From positions 62,001 through 126,000 of IMG/VR virus record IMGVR_UViG_3300042455_001086: 64,000 nucleotides of DNA; one strand, written 5' to 3'. The notes beneath the pieces were generated by a model. That model did no database searches. It worked only from the letters and a program-made list of their open reading frames with translations, and was not told the origin of the DNA. The position numbers and the translations under genes are program-made. This document shows positions 55,860 to 64,000 of this stretch, one piece after another. Numbering within the stretch: position 1 is the stretch's first letter; every line of letters starts with the position of its first letter.

Positions 55860-56522
55860 TTACAAATGCGACATTAAAATATCAAGATAATAATCAATAA
55901 TTTCTGGATGAACATCTTTTACTTCACGATTAATTAAAATACTACCACTAAATTTTTCTTCAGATAGTAGCTCGTGAGTTTCTTTAAAGTGTTCACCAAG
56001 GGCATTATTATAAACTCTCACTCTTTTTGTGTTTTCAATATCTTCGTCTGTACCAGTTTTCTTATCTGGTGCCCCAAAATAAGCAAACGAGGCATTTGGT
56101 CGTTCGGATAGTATCCTTTCAATTTCATCAATCATTATTGACAAAATCTTTAATGTAATTTTTTCATTAGTCCTAAAAGAATACTTATCACTATGGGTAG
56201 CACCGATTGACGCTAATTTACTTTGTTTTGAATAAAATTCTGGTTGTAGTTTTGGATAAAATGAAATGATAAAGAAATCATATTTGTATTCTTCTATTTC
56301 AACTATATATTTAAAACCAGAAAAAGTTTTAGGTTTTCCATCAATGATTTCGGTTCTTTCTGGTGTAACAAACGTAAAAATTTTACCACCAATGAAATTA
56401 CTACCATCATCTTTTATTGGTAAGTTTTGGGAATATCTCCAATTATAATCACTTTTTAATTTTTCGGCTCGTTCTTTTGAAAAAACAATTTCTTTAAGTA
56501 TTTTTCTAATCGTTTTTTTCAT
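55860..56522 (-). CDS. Leader-bearing hypothetical protein
   Basis: MKKTIRKILKE. Confidence 0.7.
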   Translation of the reverse strand: MKKTIRKILKEIVFSKERAEKLKSDYNWRYSQNLPIKDDGSNFIGGKIFTFVTPERTEIIDGKPKTFSGFKYIVEIEEYKYDFFIISFYPKLQPEFYSKQSKLASIGATHSDKYSFRTNEKITLKILSIMIDEIERILSERPNASFAYFGAPDKKTGTDEDIENTKRVRVYNNALGEHFKETHELLSEEKFSGSILINREVKDVHPEIIDYYLDILMSHL

Positions 56523-56698
56523 TTTTTAGTTTTCTTAAACCTTTCATCATATTCTTTTGTACCATATGTTGCCATATTCCAAGTGGTATAAAAATATGGA
56601 TTTTTAATTGGACAATTACCAGATTCTTTTAAATCTTTACGGAATTTTTCTGATTGTTCCTTTGTATAATTAAAATCAAATATTTTTTTAGTTTCCAT
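56519..56698 (-). CDS. Small hypothetical protein (59 aa, not in ORF track)
   Basis: Hand translation METKKIFDF...; TATATTTG upstream. Confidence 0.55.
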   Translation of the reverse strand: METKKIFDFNYTKEQSEKFRKDLKESGNCPIKNPYFYTTWNMATYGTKEYDERFKKTKK

Positions 56699-56764
56699 TT
56701 TGTCCGTTTTTTATAGTACAAATATAACATAAATATTTTAATTAACAAAAAATTCAACTATTTT

Positions 56765-57031
56765 TCACTGAAACTTCTGTTGAAACTCATCATTACTTTC
56801 CCAAACATTAACAAACTCCTCCAATGTAAATTCTCTTAATTTATATTCATTTGGGTCGTCGACCAAATAATCATAATCTGGTTCTTCAAAAGTTTTAACA
56901 AACTCAAGATACTTCTCGTAAGATTTTACAAGTTCCTCCACAAATATTACATTATCTGGAATTTCAATTACCACTGGTTCTGGAAAGAACATATTCAATC
57001 CAATTCCTAAATTCACTTCAATTTTTTTCAT
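56765..57031 (-). CDS. Acidic hypothetical protein
   Basis: 88-aa ORF. Confidence 0.6.
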   Translation of the reverse strand: MKKIEVNLGIGLNMFFPEPVVIEIPDNVIFVEELVKSYEKYLEFVKTFEEPDYDYLVDDPNEYKLREFTLEEFVNVWESNDEFQQKFQ

Positions 57032-57428
57032 TATTCTTACTTTTTCTATAATACAAATCTGTTATAACACCATTTTGGTCAATCACTTCAAAAAAATATT
57101 TATCGTCATTACCATCAATTTCTCCAAACATTATTTTGTATTTGTTATTTTCTCTTAAAAATATACTAACTATGATGTTGTCACTATTTGGGTCATTACT
57201 AAAAAAACCAAAATCTATTGGATTTTTTGTTATGTCATAAACAACCTCATTTGTATCTGAACCATTTTTATCCAGAACATAATTATATTTATATATTGCC
57301 TTTATTGGATCTTTGAAACTCATTTCATATAGTCCGTATTCATTTTTTTTGAGGTCATTAACATAATCTAATTGTGAAAAACTAATTGTCCCACAAAAAA
57401 GTATTAAACTTAAAATTAATTTTTTCAT
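57018..57428 (-). CDS. Secreted hypothetical protein
   Basis: MKKLILSLILFCGTISFSQ signal peptide of Bacteroidota type. Confidence 0.7.
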   Translation of the reverse strand: MKKLILSLILFCGTISFSQLDYVNDLKKNEYGLYEMSFKDPIKAIYKYNYVLDKNGSDTNEVVYDITKNPIDFGFFSNDPNSDNIIVSIFLRENNKYKIMFGEIDGNDDKYFFEVIDQNGVITDLYYRKSKNNEKN

Positions 57429-57429
57429 A

Positions 57430-57546
57430 TTATTGTTTGTTATTATATTTTTTTCTTAAATAATCAGCCCAATCGGCCTGTTTTCTTCCGTTTATGAAGA
57501 ACCAACCCCAGTTTAGTTCAAACCATTTGTTTAGTTTTTTTAACAT
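57430..57546 (-). CDS. Small Trp-rich peptide (38 aa, not in ORF track)
   Basis: MLKKLNKWFELNWGWFFINGRK. Confidence 0.55.
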   Translation of the reverse strand: MLKKLNKWFELNWGWFFINGRKQADWADYLRKKYNNKQ

Positions 57547-57547
57547 A

Positions 57548-57691
57548 TTATTTTATTTTTAAGTTGTATGGATCTGGATCCAGATAATCAGAAATAACCA
57601 TCATTACAAATCCTGGTATTGCAACGATGAGTGCCGGAACTGCAAGAACTATTGAAATAACTCTTGTTGTGTAATAAAGTATTTTTTTCAT
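57548..57691 (-). CDS. Small membrane peptide (47 aa, not in ORF track)
   Basis: Single hydrophobic helix; operonic spacing. Confidence 0.55.
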   Translation of the reverse strand: MKKILYYTTRVISIVLAVPALIVAIPGFVMMVISDYLDPDPYNLKIK

Positions 57692-57924
57692 ATCTTTTGG
57701 AATCTATTAATTGATATTTCTCCAGCCCCAAATTTTTTATTTTCGGCAACCTCAAGCCACTCGTTTAATGGTCTGGCGTAGATAGTTCCAAACGATAGTG
57801 ATTTGTAAATAACCAAAGGTTCTTTCGTGTCTGTGTGATTTGCCAAACAAATCACTTCATATTTACCACCTTTATAATGTTGATACTTTTCTCCCGGTAA
57901 AGGGTAATTTATAAACTCTGCCAT
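57688..57924 (-). CDS. DUF1653 family protein
   Basis: YQHYKGGKYEV..A.HTDT.E.LVIYKSL..YARPL. Confidence 0.88.
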   Translation of the reverse strand: MAEFINYPLPGEKYQHYKGGKYEVICLANHTDTKEPLVIYKSLSFGTIYARPLNEWLEVAENKKFGAGEISINRFQKI

Positions 57925-57925
57925 A

Positions 57926-58132
57926 TTATTTTATTTTTAATTCTTTTCTATATTTTTCAATTAATTTTCTTTCTTCATTAAATTCATCAGTATCGGAGGC
58001 TTTATGTCCTCTCATTATAGCTTCAGTTATTTTTAATTCAGTTTTTAAAATGTAACTTAACTTTTCCGAATCTGTTAAATTATTTTTTGTTTTTACGCTC
58101 ATCATAAAAATATTGAATAACCCAAGAAACAA
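57926..58132 (-). CDS. Hypothetical protein
   Basis: 68-aa ORF; real start may be 58105. Confidence 0.55.
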   Translation of the reverse strand: MFLGLFNIFMMSVKTKNNLTDSEKLSYILKTELKITEAIMRGHKASDTDEFNEERKLIEKYRKELKIK

Positions 58133-58180
58133 ATACTATCAAAACCAAAAACCAGGCAAAAAGTAATGTGTTAAAAAATG

Positions 58181-58366
58181 TCATAATTTTTCTTTTTTTA
58201 TATAATTTAAAATTTCTTCTTTTGTTTTTCCTGAATTAAACATCTTATACACTTCCCTTGAAAAGTCGTCCGTTAAATACACAGCATCGGCATCTAGGTA
58301 GTCCATTATATTTTCAAGATTTAATAATATTCCTTCTTTCTTTAAAAATCTTTTATTAAATCCCAT
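58181..58366 (-). CDS. Small hypothetical protein (MGFNKRF...)
   Basis: Start moved to MGFNK. Confidence 0.55.
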   Translation of the reverse strand: MGFNKRFLKKEGILLNLENIMDYLDADAVYLTDDFSREVYKMFNSGKTKEEILNYIKKEKL

Positions 58367-58405
58367 ATTACAAAAAATAATAAACTTTTTAATATATTTC
58401 AATGA

Positions 58406-59674
58406 TTATAAGAATAATTTTTTGGATTGTTTTTCACGGTGAAATTTGATTGCAAAACGATGAACTTCTTCTTGTATTTTGCCAAACATTGTAAAATTTA
58501 AATCATCTTTGATATTGAATTCGGAACCATCAACTTTGTGAATAATAGATGATTTGTGATTTGAATCTTTTGATATTGAAATAAGATCCACCTGGTTTAA
58601 TATTCCAAGTTCTTCAAATACTCTTTTTGCAATACCAAGTTGTCCCTTACCACCATCAATGATTACAAGATCCGGAAGTTTTTGTTTTTCGTCAATTAAT
58701 CTTTTAAATCTACGATTAAGTATTTCATCAAATGATGCGTAATCATCAACGCCATCTACGGTTCTGATAATATACTTACGGTATTCAGATTTAACTGGAT
58801 TATCATTTTGGAACCTAACAGACGCTGCAACATTGGAATCACCCTGGTTGTGTGAATTATCAAACGCCTCAATTATTTGTGGAAGATTTTTAAGTCCGAG
58901 GATATTCTTCACATCAAACGCTTTCTTGTTGTATTTCTGTAATCTAACAACATTCAACTTATTATCAATAATTTCCAGATTTGAAAGTTTTGATAATAAG
59001 ATTTGTGCTTTTTCAAATTCCAAGTTGTCGGAATGATGCTTCATTGATTTTTTAAACTTTGATTTAAGTCCGGAAAAATCAAGCGATAAAACTTTTTTGA
59101 CATCACGAACAATCTCGTTATAATAAAACTTTTTGATGTTATTTATGCAAGGTGCATTACATCTTCCCAAATGGAATTCAAGACAAGTTTTGAACTTTTC
59201 TTTTGTAATGTTTTCTTCTGTCAAATCATATGAACAACTGCGAAGTTCAAACACATCGTGAATTAGGTTATAGATTTCACGACATAAGATACCAGAGGTA
59301 AGATCAAGTGATAGTCTATCATCTTGTTTGTTTTTTACAATTTCTAGTTTTGGGAAATCTTCATCGGTAAAACACAAGGACCATTTTCTTGTTCTATCAT
59401 CTTTTCCTTTTAGGTTAAACTTTGGTTTGTATAATTTAATTAATTCTTCTTCAAGGATAATTGCTTCTTGTTCTGATGAAGTGATTTTGAATTCAACATC
59501 AACAATATTCTCAACAAGAGTTTTTGTTTTTCCAGTATGATTTTTTTGAAAATAAGATAACACTCTCTTTGGTAAAAACTTTGACATACCAACATAGATG
59601 ATTTGTTCTTTGTCATTTTTGAACAAATAACATCCAGGATTTTGTGGTATGTCTTTTAGTTTTTCAGAAATCAT
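58406..59674 (-). CDS. uvrC: Excinuclease ABC subunit C, lacking the C-terminal HhH
   Basis: GIY-YIG (PGCYLF, IYVG), Cys cluster CLEFHLGRCNAPC, IEAFDNSH, IIDGGKGQL. Confidence 0.93.
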   Translation of the reverse strand: MISEKLKDIPQNPGCYLFKNDKEQIIYVGMSKFLPKRVLSYFQKNHTGKTKTLVENIVDVEFKITSSEQEAIILEEELIKLYKPKFNLKGKDDRTRKWSLCFTDEDFPKLEIVKNKQDDRLSLDLTSGILCREIYNLIHDVFELRSCSYDLTEENITKEKFKTCLEFHLGRCNAPCINNIKKFYYNEIVRDVKKVLSLDFSGLKSKFKKSMKHHSDNLEFEKAQILLSKLSNLEIIDNKLNVVRLQKYNKKAFDVKNILGLKNLPQIIEAFDNSHNQGDSNVAASVRFQNDNPVKSEYRKYIIRTVDGVDDYASFDEILNRRFKRLIDEKQKLPDLVIIDGGKGQLGIAKRVFEELGILNQVDLISISKDSNHKSSIIHKVDGSEFNIKDDLNFTMFGKIQEEVHRFAIKFHREKQSKKLFL

Positions 59675-59686
59675 ACTTCAAAGATA

Positions 59687-59902
59687 TTAAAAAATATCTT
59701 TCAAAGTATCTACATCACAAAATATTGTACCACAATTTTTACAAGCAATAATTTCAAATGGTTTGACTTTATATTTGTCAGTTCTTCTCAATGTTTCAAT
59801 TACCACTTTTCCTGTGTATTGACAATTCGGACACTTAATAGTGTCTGTTCTTGAGATTTCTTCAGATTGTTCTTTGTCTTCTGATGAGGTATAATCTTCC
59901 AT
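59687..59902 (-). CDS. Zinc-ribbon protein
   Basis: CPNC...CKNCG. Confidence 0.65.
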   Translation of the reverse strand: MEDYTSSEDKEQSEEISRTDTIKCPNCQYTGKVVIETLRRTDKYKVKPFEIIACKNCGTIFCDVDTLKDIF

Positions 59903-59915
59903 TATTTTATTTTTA

Positions 59916-60104
59916 TTACTTAAACATAAGTCCCACAAGTATTCCAATACCAAAACCGGCCAACATTAAAAGTCCGGCTAAAGCAAAAACATATTTTTTT
60001 ACTCCACCAAAATTAAATGGTAATTGGTTTTGAATTTGTGGTGTCTGAAAATTCTTCATAATCTGTTGTAACAGATTTGGATCAAATGGATTATTCATAT
60101 TCAT
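59916..60104 (-). CDS. Small C-terminally anchored membrane protein
   Basis: C-terminal TM helix. Confidence 0.6.
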   Translation of the reverse strand: MNMNNPFDPNLLQQIMKNFQTPQIQNQLPFNFGGVKKYVFALAGLLMLAGFGIGILVGLMFK

Positions 60105-60105
60105 A

Positions 60106-60333
60106 TTAGTTAAGTATTATTGTAGAAGTGTTAATCAAATTTTTTCTGGTTGTAAAGATTTTATATTCCAAATCTGTAATATAAGGTAAAGACAACATTT
60201 CATCATATCCAAATTTCTCCATCTGGGATTTGAAATTTTTAACCAATTTCTCACAAGTTGTGAGTTGTTCCCAAGTTTCACAGGATTTAATTACTTTTTC
60301 AATCCACTTTTTTGTTTTAAAATTATCTGACAT
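60106..60333 (-). CDS. KWIEKVIxSCET family protein
   Basis: Paralog of 50495. Confidence 0.7.
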   Translation of the reverse strand: MSDNFKTKKWIEKVIKSCETWEQLTTCEKLVKNFKSQMEKFGYDEMLSLPYITDLEYKIFTTRKNLINTSTIILN

Positions 60334-60637
60334 CTTTTATTATTTTATAATTATTAATTTGTAACCATTCCAAAAAATCAAGTGCGGTCCATTCATTCGG
60401 ATCTAATTCACCAAGAGGTCCATCACCAAATTGTTCTATAAATCCCGGTAAATAATCGTGGACTATTTCAATACCACCATTTTCGGCAACCTCAATTTTT
60501 GTTTTAACCATTTCAATAGCACAAGTTTCACATTGTACTGCTAATTTATCTCCTAAGAAATCGTGTTTACAGGTGACGCACTCACACATATAGTTTCCAG
60601 GAGCAAATCCACCTATTGGGTATTTTGTTTTTTCCAT
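60323..60637 (-). CDS. Zinc-ribbon protein
   Basis: GFAPGNYMCECVTC...CETC. Confidence 0.65.
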   Translation of the reverse strand: MEKTKYPIGGFAPGNYMCECVTCKHDFLGDKLAVQCETCAIEMVKTKIEVAENGGIEIVHDYLPGFIEQFGDGPLGELDPNEWTALDFLEWLQINNYKIIKDVR

Positions 60638-60640
60638 TAT

Positions 60641-60880
60641 TTAAGATTTTCCAATAAAAGATTGTCTTTTATTTGTTAATTTAGTTTCAAGTGGCAAAAT
60701 AACACCGTAATGATAATCTCTCCAATATTTGTCAGGAGTAGTTCTCATTAGTTGTTTTCTAAAATTACCAATTAATGTTTTAACGACAAATGTTTGTTGA
60801 TATGTCTCACAAGAGTCAATTACTTTTTCTATCCATTTTGATATATCACCGTAGTGTGTACTTCTTTTATCCATTTTCAT
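60641..60880 (-). CDS. KWIEKVIxSCET family protein
   Basis: RSTHYGD..KWIEKVIDSCET. Confidence 0.7.
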   Translation of the reverse strand: MKMDKRSTHYGDISKWIEKVIDSCETYQQTFVVKTLIGNFRKQLMRTTPDKYWRDYHYGVILPLETKLTNKRQSFIGKS

Positions 60881-61344
60881 ATTCTTTTAAATATTAAACA
60901 TCCATATTCATCTTTTTTAGGTATATCACCATAATAGACATTACCATTATTTGACAGTGCTGGAACAGTCTCAATCTCAACATCCCATTCTGTTTGTTGT
61001 AGTGATTGTTTAAAAACATCAAAAGTGGGTTCATTTTGCACATGGAAAAATGCTTCTCTTAATTGCCCTTCACTAAACTTTTTATCACCCATCAACTCAA
61101 GTGCTTTTTGGAAACCTTTTTTAAAAGCAAGTTCTCTAATAAGTGCTTCTTCATCATTCCATACTTCACAAATAGGATATTCTATTTTAGCCAACTCATC
61201 CAAATCATAACCAAGTTCAATTACTTTACAGTTTTTAAGTGATAACGATAATCCTTCTTTCTTTAATGATGTTGAAGCTATAACAACCCCATTATCATCT
61301 TCAAGAATATAATTTACATCTGTTTTAATTAATTTCCCCTTCAT
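60877..61344 (-). CDS. MKGKL family protein
   Basis: Paralog of 52135 and 52975. Confidence 0.7.
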   Translation of the reverse strand: MKGKLIKTDVNYILEDDNGVVIASTSLKKEGLSLSLKNCKVIELGYDLDELAKIEYPICEVWNDEEALIRELAFKKGFQKALELMGDKKFSEGQLREAFFHVQNEPTFDVFKQSLQQTEWDVEIETVPALSNNGNVYYGDIPKKDEYGCLIFKRI

Positions 61345-61376
61345 ACCTCAAAATTAATAATATTATTTTAAAAAAC

Positions 61377-61402
61377 AAATCCCCACTCTAAAGTGAGGAT
61401 TT
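61377..61402 (-). terminator. Intrinsic terminator
   Basis: aaatcc.cac/gtg.ggattt stem. Confidence 0.65.
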
Positions 61403-61406
61403 AATT

Positions 61407-61658
61407 TTATTTCTTTAGTTCTTCAACCATCTTTATATTAAGTGTTGGTGTCCTTAAAACATCATCGGTGCAATTCGTAATTGTTGTCATTCCATTATGG
61501 TATGATCTAACATCCTTTGCTTCCACTTGTGTTCCGTCATTAAACCTTACCAATTTATCACAGACATCACCTTTTTTAAATGCTAGGTATAAAATTCCAC
61601 CATAAATTAACCCACTTAAAATAATCACAAAGAATAGTGTTCCAAAATTTCTTATCAT
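61407..61658 (-). CDS. Membrane-anchored small protein
   Basis: N-terminal TM helix. Confidence 0.6.
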   Translation of the reverse strand: MIRNFGTLFFVIILSGLIYGGILYLAFKKGDVCDKLVRFNDGTQVEAKDVRSYHNGMTTITNCTDDVLRTPTLNIKMVEELKK

Positions 61659-61672
61659 AATTTTATTTTTTA

Positions 61673-62053
61673 CTAATTTATAAAGACACAATCACTGAAA
61701 TCATACAAATGATTACCCCTTGTTGATCTAACTTGTAAGTAATATTTATAACCAAATAACTCAAACGATTTTTGGTCTTCACCATCCTTCAGTGGTTTAA
61801 TTGGTAATTGAAGGTTTGTTTCAATTCCGTGAATAACTTCAATATTTTTAACAACATCAGTCCAGGTTGAAAGTCCGTATTTACCCTTATATCTAAATTC
61901 CTTTCCAACCAATTGTTTTAAATCAAAAGTTGATGTGGTTTCTTCAACTTCCGGTGATAATGGATTTCTTTCTCCGGTTAATTCTTCATAATACGGATTA
62001 AGTTCTCCGGTGTATGGATCGTGTGTTGGTATTTTATTTGCCGAAGTTTCCAT
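61673..62053 (-). CDS. Hypothetical protein
   Basis: HDPYTGELNPYYEELTGERNPL. Confidence 0.65.
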   Translation of the reverse strand: METSANKIPTHDPYTGELNPYYEELTGERNPLSPEVEETTSTFDLKQLVGKEFRYKGKYGLSTWTDVVKNIEVIHGIETNLQLPIKPLKDGEDQKSFELFGYKYYLQVRSTRGNHLYDFSDCVFIN

Positions 62054-62228
62054 TGAATAGCATTTTCATTTGGTTCATAAGTTGTATTTGTTTTTTTTGT
62101 AGTTCTTGGACTTTCCTTTTTTCTTCATCACTGAGTTCGTAGCTATTTGCGTTGATGTCTGAAATTTCATTTAAGATTCTTCTATGTTCGTTCAATAACT
62201 GTCCGTAAATTACCTCTATATTTTTCAT
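62034..62228 (-). CDS. Small coiled-coil protein, probable paralog of 17677
   Basis: YGQLLNEHRRILNEISDI. Confidence 0.7.
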   Translation of the reverse strand: MKNIEVIYGQLLNEHRRILNEISDINANSYELSDEEKRKVQELQKKQIQLMNQMKMLFNGNFGK

Positions 62229-62473
62229 TTTACAATTGCATTTGTCAATTGGTTTATTAGTCCTTGGACTTCTTCAAATTTAGTAAATCTGATGATTGGA
62301 TCCGTGTTAAATACTTCTACCGGCCAGTCTGATGTCTTTAATTCTTCATTTGCCGGAGTTATAAATGTTAAACCATTTACAATATCTAAAGCATAATAGT
62401 AAGACTCATCATCATCATATTCTCCGATGTATTCTTTTTGGAACCCCAAAAGTTGTAATTCTTTCTCTGTCAT
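62225..62473 (-). CDS. Hypothetical protein
   Basis: 82-aa ORF. Confidence 0.65.
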   Translation of the reverse strand: MTEKELQLLGFQKEYIGEYDDDESYYYALDIVNGLTFITPANEELKTSDWPVEVFNTDPIIRFTKFEEVQGLINQLTNAIVK

Positions 62474-62474
62474 C

Positions 62475-62738
62475 TTATTTTTTTTCTACAATGTTAAATG
62501 TTCCTTCTACTACACCCCAAGATGATTCTTCCTGAAACTGATAAGTTTCGGCAACATCGTTTGAATTCATTTCTCTTGTCAAATACCAAATTTGGTCTTT
62601 TTTCCAAGTTATGTTCATCAACTTTCTTCCCTTTGGTAGATTAATTGTCCCTTGACCACCCCAAGATTTAACTCGTTCGTTTTGAGTACATGATGTTGCA
62701 ATAACACAAATTAATATTCCTAAAATTACTTTTCTCAT
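62475..62738 (-). CDS. Phage lipoprotein
   Basis: Lipobox ATSC; GG..TINLPKGRKL.NITWK..WYLTR. Confidence 0.7.
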   Translation of the reverse strand: MRKVILGILICVIATSCTQNERVKSWGGQGTINLPKGRKLMNITWKKDQIWYLTREMNSNDVAETYQFQEESSWGVVEGTFNIVEKK

Positions 62739-62749
62739 TTTTATTTTTT

Positions 62750-63016
62750 TTACAATTCTCGTTTATCTAACTCTTCTAAAACTTCTTTTAACAATTCATC
62801 ACCTTTTTTATATTTTATATCGTGGTAAATATACAATAAAAAACAAACAACATCAAGACATATTGAATACAAAATCCATTTTCCTGTGGATAATACAAAT
62901 AAACTTTGTATTAAAACAATAATACACAATATAGTGGTAATAAAAGTATTTTTTTCCATCTTTTTTAATTCAGAATACGCTAAATCAAATAGATCGTCAT
63001 TTTTTAAATCTTTCAT
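62750..63016 (-). CDS. Two-TM membrane protein
   Basis: Two hydrophobic helices. Confidence 0.65.
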   Translation of the reverse strand: MKDLKNDDLFDLAYSELKKMEKNTFITTILCIIVLIQSLFVLSTGKWILYSICLDVVCFLLYIYHDIKYKKGDELLKEVLEELDKREL

Positions 63017-63252
63017 TCCAGTTCTTTTACTTTTATTAACGAATGTGCGGCTTCAAATCTCTTTAATGTCATAATAAGTTCTGTGACATTATCAAAAGCC
63101 CATCTTTCTGTTTCAATAACATAAAAATCTCCACCACCACCATTTTGAGTTTTGATAGTTAAAAATTGATCTCTTGTATCACAACAATCAGCGTCCTGGG
63201 TAAATGTCATTTGGAATTCTTGACCCAATATTGAAACTTTATTTTCTCTCAT
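63013..63252 (-). CDS. Hypothetical protein
   Basis: GGGDFYVIETERWA. Confidence 0.65.
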   Translation of the reverse strand: MRENKVSILGQEFQMTFTQDADCCDTRDQFLTIKTQNGGGGDFYVIETERWAFDNVTELIMTLKRFEAAHSLIKVKELE

Positions 63253-63291
63253 AACCTTAATTTTAAATCAAAGTTAAAAAAAAAACTTTAA

Positions 63292-63519
63292 TCAAACAAG
63301 TTTTATGATGAATTTTCCAGGATTTAAATATTCTTCCTCACAAGTCATATTATAATCACTAACACAATTTATTACAATATTTTTCATTTGATTACTTTGG
63401 CCGGTAATAACACCAACAACTTTTTGATTTGATTTCATATTCTCCCACAGAAATTGATCCAGAATAGTTTGGACCTCGTTATGTCTAATCCCGTGGAGAT
63501 CCAGCGAGTTCATCTTCAA
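63292..63519 (-). CDS. Smr-domain-like protein
   Basis: LDLHG...VITG. Confidence 0.7.
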   Translation of the reverse strand: MKMNSLDLHGIRHNEVQTILDQFLWENMKSNQKVVGVITGQSNQMKNIVINCVSDYNMTCEEEYLNPGKFIIKLV

Positions 63520-63670
63520 TTATATTTACTAAACTTACAGAAATTAAACTATTTGTCCCATCTTTGTCCTGATATATCACTTTTTTACCTCCAACAAAAT
63601 AATTATCATCTTCTAAAACGGCATCAACAATTTCACCATCAATCAATATTTTGATATTATTTTTGATCAT
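63485..63670 (-). CDS. Hypothetical protein
   Basis: Start moved to MIKNN; overlaps the Smr gene. Confidence 0.45.
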   Translation of the reverse strand: MIKNNIKILIDGEIVDAVLEDDNYFVGGKKVIYQDKDGTNSLISVSLVNIIEDELAGSPRD

Positions 63671-63765
63671 CTTTTTTTCCTTTTTTATAACGAATATAAA
63701 GTTCAAGTGGTATTAAAATCATAACACAAACAATTCCACTAATTATTAAAAATTGTTCCATTTTT

Positions 63766-63987
63766 TTAAATATTATAGGTTAATTCACCATTTTCAATTT
63801 CAACCTCTAACACACCATCACTTTCATAGGTAATTTTATCTATTTGTTCACCAGTTAATGTAATTTTTTCTGGTTCCATAAAAATTTTATATGCCTGGTT
63901 TAAAGACAACTTTGGGTCTGTAATTAAATTCAAAGTTGTTTGATTACTACATTCAACTATGGAAGGATATTGTCCGCCAACAGTCAT
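63766..63987 (-). CDS. Hypothetical protein, possibly 5'-truncated by the window end
   Basis: Frame stays open upstream to position 63999. Confidence 0.6.
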   Translation of the reverse strand: MTVGGQYPSIVECSNQTTLNLITDPKLSLNQAYKIFMEPEKITLTGEQIDKITYESDGVLEVEIENGELTYNI

Positions 63988-64000
63988 AATCGCCTTATCC

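Noticed and set aside
1001-63654. About 50 short opposite-strand or alternate-frame ORFs in the track (e.g. 1001, 1568, 4729, 9683, 10367, 25449, 28611, 37214, 58833)
   Set aside because: They lie within longer ORFs that have recognisable motifs, show antisense-type composition (S/F/L/I rich) and lack upstream signals; treated as shadow ORFs.

Overview
AT-rich, densely coding 64-kb segment of a large tailed (jumbo/T4-like) bacteriophage, mostly transcribed on the minus strand. The host is probably a Bacteroidota: TTTG-N19-21-TAnnTTTG promoters recur and Shine-Dalgarno motifs are not evident. Recognisable genes: ThyA, UvrC lacking the C-terminal HhH, a CCA-type tRNA nucleotidyltransferase, an FKBP-type PPIase, a metallophosphoesterase, a DHH phosphoesterase interrupted by an in-frame TGA, GH24 and GH19 muramidases, an L,D-transpeptidase-like protein, a Cys-type Ntn-hydrolase, HNH, Smr and ferritin-like proteins, and several DUFs. 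The main unexplained structure is a set of about 35 otherwise unrelated proteins that share short N-terminal leaders (MKKIIxTE(S/E)Q..., MNLQE(S/N)IRRILREE...) containing [ILV]-x-E motifs. These resemble T4 capsid-targeting sequences removed by the prohead protease. Most are preceded by a TATTTAT element 4-6 nt upstream of the ATG. In 21.9-27.9 kb the terminator+promoter+leader unit is repeated near-identically at DNA level in front of variable cargo domains, including an empty cassette and an in-frame fused cassette. Other features: a putative structured ncRNA at 20.5 kb, a transcript whose ends can pair through a 12-bp inverted repeat (53.5-54.7 kb), and an origin/terminus-like noncoding zone at 18.1-21.9 kb. 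All domain calls come from motif recognition by eye; no database search was run.
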